64,000 nt of DNA from the NCBI GenBank assembly GCA_048939625.1, contig JBHLPH010000005.1, positions 32,001-96,000 on the forward strand, read 5' to 3'. Of this stretch, positions 59,302 to 64,000 are shown piece after piece. Every line of letters starts with the position of its first letter. The first letter of the stretch is position 1. The notes beneath the pieces are model-generated. The model was not told where the DNA came from and searched no databases. It worked only from the letters and a program-made list of their open reading frames with translations. Position numbers and translations under genes: made by a program. Source of the stretch: Promethearchaeota archaeon (GTDB lineage Archaea; Asgardarchaeota; Hermodarchaeia; Hermodarchaeales; Hermodarchaeaceae).

Positions 59302-60675
59302 CTAGCCCTTTTTCTGTTTCATTCGCTCATACCGGAGTGCAAGTATTTGCGCCGCCATGGTAAAAGGTTCACGAATAGGCGCAACAGGTGGCGCATAACA
59401 GGTTTCGAGATTAGCGACATCGCGAATAGTCATCTTCGCTGATATCGCGGTACTCAAAACGTTAGCCCGTTGATGGGCACAGGGACCGATGATTTGCCCA
59501 GCAAGTAAACGTCCTGTTTCCTTATTAGCCAATAGCTTGACAGTAACCTCTTCTTCACTTGGATAATATTCAGCTGTTCGACTTCCCTTGAATTTTCCAG
59601 CAAGAAAGGGAAGCCCTACTTTTTCTGCAACTATTCGAGTTGGTCCAACCGCAGCAATTTCTAAACCAAAGAGATGGGTGGTTCGGGCAAGTACAACACC
59701 CTCTAATTCTGCCTTTCCCCCAGCGGCATTAATTCCTGCGACTTCCCCTTGACGTAAAGCGATGCTTCCCAATCCTGACACCACAGTTTGTCCAGTAACT
59801 AAATCGAGATGTTCAGCACAATCACCCGCGGCATAGATCTCAGGAAAGTTTGTTTGCATCGCCTTGTTTACAAGAATTCCACCTCTTCCTCCAAGTTGGA
59901 TACCTGCTTCTTGAGCCAATTTGGTGTTTGCTCGAACGCCAGTTGCAACCACGATAATATCAGCAGGGATTTTCGCTTCAGTATTTGTTTCACGATCTGT
60001 GACAAGCACATGGCTCTTGGTGACTTTCTTCGCAGCTGTACCTAGTTTGACTGTTATCCCTTCTGCTTCCATCCTTTCTTTGACCAAAGCACCCATTTCG
60101 TCATCAATCATAGCAGGCAAAACTTGGGGAAGGAACTCGATAACAGTAATTTTTAGTCCCAAAGTGTGTAATGCTTCCGCTGTTTCAAGCCCAACGAGAC
60201 CAGCACCAATTATCGCAGCCGTTTGTCCTGACTTGGCCACCGATTGAAGTTTCTTAGCGTCATTAAAGGTGTGAAGACGGTACACATGATGTGCATCTAG
60301 CCCATCAATAGGAGGCGTACTGACGTGAGCTCCAGTGGCCAACACCAAGGTATCAAATGATAATGAGTCACTGGATCCATCAGGGTTTGTTAGGGTTATG
60401 CTTTTCTTTTTCGGATCCAACTTTGATGCCTTGGTATTTAGTCGTAAATCAGCTCGAACCAAATTTCCAGTGTAGAAAGCTTCCGGATGGATGATAACAT
60501 TCTCTGTGTGAGGAATCGCTCGATTAACAGTATAGGGAAGACCACAACGACTGTATTCAGGAAACGATTCATCTTGGAGAATCGTGATTGTAGCATCTCG
60601 GCTAGTCTTTCGTGCCATTAGGGTGGCAGCCGCTCCAGCTGTACCACATCCAATTACAATGATTTGTCGGGTCAT
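59302..60675 (-). CDS. CoA-disulfide reductase / NADH oxidase family flavoprotein
   Basis: GCGTAG, YSRCGLPY, GAGLVGLE, AAGDC, YAPP. Confidence 0.88.
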   Translation of the reverse strand: MTRQIIVIGCGTAGAAATLMARKTSRDATITILQDESFPEYSRCGLPYTVNRAIPHTENVIIHPEAFYTGNLVRADLRLNTKASKLDPKKKSITLTNPDGSSDSLSFDTLVLATGAHVSTPPIDGLDAHHVYRLHTFNDAKKLQSVAKSGQTAAIIGAGLVGLETAEALHTLGLKITVIEFLPQVLPAMIDDEMGALVKERMEAEGITVKLGTAAKKVTKSHVLVTDRETNTEAKIPADIIVVATGVRANTKLAQEAGIQLGGRGGILVNKAMQTNFPEIYAAGDCAEHLDLVTGQTVVSGLGSIALRQGEVAGINAAGGKAELEGVVLARTTHLFGLEIAAVGPTRIVAEKVGLPFLAGKFKGSRTAEYYPSEEEVTVKLLANKETGRLLAGQIIGPCAHQRANVLSTAISAKMTIRDVANLETCYAPPVAPIREPFTMAAQILALRYERMKQKKG

Positions 60676-60677
60676 AG

Positions 60678-62414
60678 GTGTTCATTTCCAAAGAATTGTA
60701 TAACCTAACCATGGGGAAGACCTTAGCCAAAAAGATTATACTTTGCCCCTTCGATGTGTCAATTACGCGGCAAGTGTATCATCCAGCATGCGGGTCGGGT
60801 GGTAGCGTGGCGATTACAAAGGTTGCGGCATTCATTCAGGGTCCCTCCGAAGCTATGAAAGATGGTTTCTCATCAACACCCGAAGCAGATTTGGTCACAG
60901 CACTAATGTTCTTAAACAAGCAAATTCGAGATCCAACCACCTTTTCCTATTTTTCCCAAGTCTATTTACCCTTCTTTTTAGTCCATGCATTGCCTGGTCG
61001 CAGTTTGATTATTAGCGGTGTAGGCGAACCAACTATTTCAGTACGCCATTCATCGATACCCTCACTTGTTCAGATGCGAGCTGACCTCCGAAATGTAGAA
61101 AGAATTGAACTTGTCCCCAAGCTTTTAGGGGAATTTATTCAGACCTTTGAGACCCCAGCAACCGAGTTAATTGTGATCCGAAATGCCATGATGCCTACGA
61201 TGATTGATCCGCTTCGTGTCCTAGTGGATGAAGGAATTCCTCCACCTGGAGATGAAGTCTGTTTACCATCGCGCCTATCATCGAAGGAAATTCATGATGT
61301 AGGGATTCTTTTCAGAAATGAAAGGGCACGCCTCGATGCGAATCTCTCCCAACTTAGCCAAGCAGAAAGACTGGTTGACGAGTTTGTTGAGGAGAACATT
61401 CGTCTTCTTGATGCCCGTCGGGACCGAATGTCCCATGGAGCCTCTCTTCGATGGGAAGCCCGGCAAGTTGAAAGTGAACCAAAACCTTCTTTTTTTGGTG
61501 ACGAACCAACCGCCGAGTTGGATAAAGAAAAAGAACGGATTTCTAGTGAACTTGCGGAAGTAGTTAGTCGGTTGGCAAATACTCTGGGATTGTCTACAGA
61601 GCAATGTCGCCGTCTTGTAAGTTCGATCAAAGCAAAACCAACAGAAGTGGAATGGCATATCGCAAATGTAAAAACCCGATTAGTTGAGCTAGAAAATACT
61701 GCCAGTGTTTTTCAGCTTTCAATTCAGCAAGCTCTGACAGAATTGGATGAAAAAACCGAAGAATTACGAGAGGCTCGAACTCGATATCAATGGGATCAGG
61801 AACAGTCACGACTTGAACCTGACCAGTCATCAATTCCGCCTCCTTTTCCAAGTGGTACCTTGGTATATTCGGAATCTATGCCACCCGATGTGGCAGAGTC
61901 CGCACAGTTATCCGAGTTGAATATGATTCGTGAAGCGATAATCAAGTTACATGCTGCAGTCAAGGATTCCATACAGAATTTAAAAAATCGTGTTGAAAAG
62001 GAACACCGACGATTTGAAGCCATCAGCGCGCCAGCTGACACGCTGCAAGGGTACTTACCACTCATGCAGGTCGTAGTACCGATTTTTGTAGTTAAGATAG
62101 GACAAGGTGACGGTCAATATGGGGTGATTCCTCCCCTGAAGGTGGAAAGGGTAATGGGAGCTCAATCCAAGGTGCGCCTTTTTAACGAAGTCTTCGGAGA
62201 ACAACTAATTCAGTTGATGCGAACAGAAATTCGATCTAACCGCGCCTTCCAACGTCAATTGGACGAGATTGCTATGCGAGCGAATTGGGTCAAACGACCT
62301 TTCAGTTCTGAACATCTCCAACGTGGGACACGGCAACTGGCTAATTATGCTTTGATGACGTATGAGATGCGAGAGCAACTTGCCTCCTTTTGGTCAAAAA
62401 TACTGATGATGTGA
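60678..62414 (+). CDS. Uncharacterised coiled-coil protein
   Basis: Long central heptad-rich region between alpha/beta ends; probable start GTG 60807. Confidence 0.75.
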   Translation: MFISKELYNLTMGKTLAKKIILCPFDVSITRQVYHPACGSGGSVAITKVAAFIQGPSEAMKDGFSSTPEADLVTALMFLNKQIRDPTTFSYFSQVYLPFFLVHALPGRSLIISGVGEPTISVRHSSIPSLVQMRADLRNVERIELVPKLLGEFIQTFETPATELIVIRNAMMPTMIDPLRVLVDEGIPPPGDEVCLPSRLSSKEIHDVGILFRNERARLDANLSQLSQAERLVDEFVEENIRLLDARRDRMSHGASLRWEARQVESEPKPSFFGDEPTAELDKEKERISSELAEVVSRLANTLGLSTEQCRRLVSSIKAKPTEVEWHIANVKTRLVELENTASVFQLSIQQALTELDEKTEELREARTRYQWDQEQSRLEPDQSSIPPPFPSGTLVYSESMPPDVAESAQLSELNMIREAIIKLHAAVKDSIQNLKNRVEKEHRRFEAISAPADTLQGYLPLMQVVVPIFVVKIGQGDGQYGVIPPLKVERVMGAQSKVRLFNEVFGEQLIQLMRTEIRSNRAFQRQLDEIAMRANWVKRPFSSEHLQRGTRQLANYALMTYEMREQLASFWSKILMM

Positions 62415-62419
62415 AGAAG

Positions 62420-63451
62420 CTAGTTTTGTGTCCAACTGTCAAGACTTTGCTGCCTCTGTCCCTGCTTAGCTTTGAGCAGACGATCTACGACATTGGAGAC
62501 CCGGGTTTCAGAAAAACCACGTTCATGGCAGAGGAAGGTGATTAAACCTTCCTTATCGATTGATTTCGTCGTAATATCGTAATCGTCGGTAATGGGGTGA
62601 TCGAGGAAGATGCGTCGAATTTTATGATAGTTTGGTGGGAGTTGTTCGAGGATCTTGCTTGGTAGATTGTCAAGGCTGTTATTTTCCTTAATAAGTTTCA
62701 GGGCAGTCTTTGGACCGACTTGGGGAACACCTTCATTGAAATCCGTACCGATGAGAAGAGCCATATCTACGAGTTGTTCTCGATTTATCCTGTTATCAGC
62801 AAGGACTTTGTGCAAGTCGATGAGTTCGGGTTCAAGAGGTACACTAGTCCCTTTGCTAGGAAGTCGTTTTCGTCCTGTTAATGTCAGATAACGGAGGAGG
62901 CGAGGAGTTCCAAAGAGAAGGGTATCATAATCTCGACTAGCAGTAGCCCAAGCATCACCTCGTTGTACCATGTAAGCAGCTTGGGCTTCTCCTTCGCCTG
63001 GGGCTTGCACATAAGGGATACCTAAGTAGGTGAGAACTTTTTGGGCTTCTTCAGCCATTGGGCGAGTAAGACGCCCAGTTCCTACTGCCTTAGACCAAGC
63101 TGTCTTCATATCACCCTTTGCTACGGCTTCCTTATACTCCCGTTCGGCTCGCTTCCGTTGTTCCCGTCGCTTGGTTATCTCATCAGATTTCAAATCTGGG
63201 GGTTTTCCATCAAAAACGAAGATGAGCTTCATATCATATTCAGTAATCAGCCGTGTCGTTCGATATAAGAGGCCAACAAGATGAGAAGTAACTCGTCCTT
63301 CCCGATCTTTAAGTGGAATTCCATCGGGAGTTCGAATTAAAGCAAGAAATTGATGAAGCTGGTTGGCTGCATCGACGGCAAATGATCGACCTCGTAACTC
63401 TTCCAGTGTTAATATTTCAGGGGTTATGAGAGGCGCTAATTTTACACCCAA
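62420..63451 (-). CDS. fen: Flap endonuclease 1
   Basis: MGVKL, QFLALIR, TSHLVG, FVFDG, APGEGEAQ, GTDFN, PIP box QQSLDSW. Confidence 0.96.
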   Translation of the reverse strand: MGVKLAPLITPEILTLEELRGRSFAVDAANQLHQFLALIRTPDGIPLKDREGRVTSHLVGLLYRTTRLITEYDMKLIFVFDGKPPDLKSDEITKRREQRKRAEREYKEAVAKGDMKTAWSKAVGTGRLTRPMAEEAQKVLTYLGIPYVQAPGEGEAQAAYMVQRGDAWATASRDYDTLLFGTPRLLRYLTLTGRKRLPSKGTSVPLEPELIDLHKVLADNRINREQLVDMALLIGTDFNEGVPQVGPKTALKLIKENNSLDNLPSKILEQLPPNYHKIRRIFLDHPITDDYDITTKSIDKEGLITFLCHERGFSETRVSNVVDRLLKAKQGQRQQSLDSWTQN

Positions 63452-63598
63452 CAGATATGGCCTCCAAGGTTAAACAACATTCCTTTACAGCTTCACTCCA
63501 TAACCCATACACCATAAAGGTTACGCCAACCGTCCCGGTTTCATTTTTTTGCATTTAATACCCTGTATAGAAGATTAATCTCAGCTTTACTAAAAGAT

Positions 63599-63644
63599 AA
63601 AAAAAGGAGAGGAACGACCAGTAAGCCAGTGGCTTTGGTCGTTT
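63599..63644 (-). terminator. Hairpin plus T7 terminator
   Basis: Minus strand AACGACCA...TGGTCGTT-CCTCTCC-T7. Confidence 0.65.
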
Positions 63645-63996
63645 ATGCTTTCTCTGATGGAGCAATGGCTCCACCAATCAGGACTAAGAGTCCTGGAACT
63701 CCATATGCGAGGAACAATCCAAAGATACCTGTGACAATGAGCCCCGTCTTGTGAGCGCTGGGGTCGTGTCGCCATCGGAACCAAAGGATGAAAAATATAA
63801 TCGTGAAGATTGAAAAGACCACGAAGATGATTATCAAGGCTCCGAAACTTATAAGCCAAAGCAAGAAGTCACCCATGAAGAAGGGAAGAAATAGGACCGC
63901 TAAGGCTGCAATTGCTATAATCCCAATAAGCCAGAGGATTAATGCTAGCCAGGCACCTATGGATACGAGGGTTCTTGCTGTTCCTTCATCTGACAT
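63643..63996 (-). CDS. Small multi-TM membrane protein
   Basis: Highly hydrophobic 117 aa, C-terminal PGLLVLIGGAIAP. Confidence 0.8.
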   Translation of the reverse strand: MSDEGTARTLVSIGAWLALILWLIGIIAIAALAVLFLPFFMGDFLLWLISFGALIIIFVVFSIFTIIFFILWFRWRHDPSAHKTGLIVTGIFGLFLAYGVPGLLVLIGGAIAPSEKA

Positions 63997-64000
63997 ACTC

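Noticed and set aside
1-64000. CRISPR array, transposase, integrase, rRNA, tRNA
   Set aside because: No regularly spaced short repeats or recognisable motifs seen; the only periodic repeats are coding (PAS, 98-aa, HEAT)

Overview
Archaeal genomic DNA of moderate GC, very probably from an Asgard archaeon (Hermod-/Thorarchaeia-like). This is inferred from GGTGA/GGAGG ribosome-binding sites, TATA-type promoters, FEN1 with a PIP box, a PPPPGIPGFP-TM sorting tail, a TackOD1-like domain, RING-like proteins and a giant glycosylated surface protein. No rRNA, tRNA, CRISPR array or transposase is recognisable. Housekeeping content: nadA-nadC-nadE, glutamate dehydrogenase, FMN-type glutamate synthase, a four-gene group 3b NiFe (sulf)hydrogenase operon, a CoA-disulfide-reductase-like enzyme, Maf, DUF99, RidA, dodecin, ferredoxin, two ABC systems and FEN1. 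Most interesting: (1) two candidate structured non-coding RNAs about 4 kb apart (about 29924-30195 minus, about 33925-34240 plus), each with its own TATA box, sharing the motif TCCCTGTGT-N2-3-TCATTCCCCT; (2) a split dikinase-type phosphotransfer module (stand-alone ATP-grasp protein, stand-alone phospho-His swivel protein and an unannotated >=311-aa ORF at the window edge) surrounding a nine-PAS protein with no output domain; (3) eukaryote-reminiscent membrane proteins: a 7-blade FG-GAP propeller-TM-C2H2 finger, a TM-anchored tandem RING-like protein and two stand-alone 7TM paralogs. All family calls come from motif recognition by eye; no database search was run.
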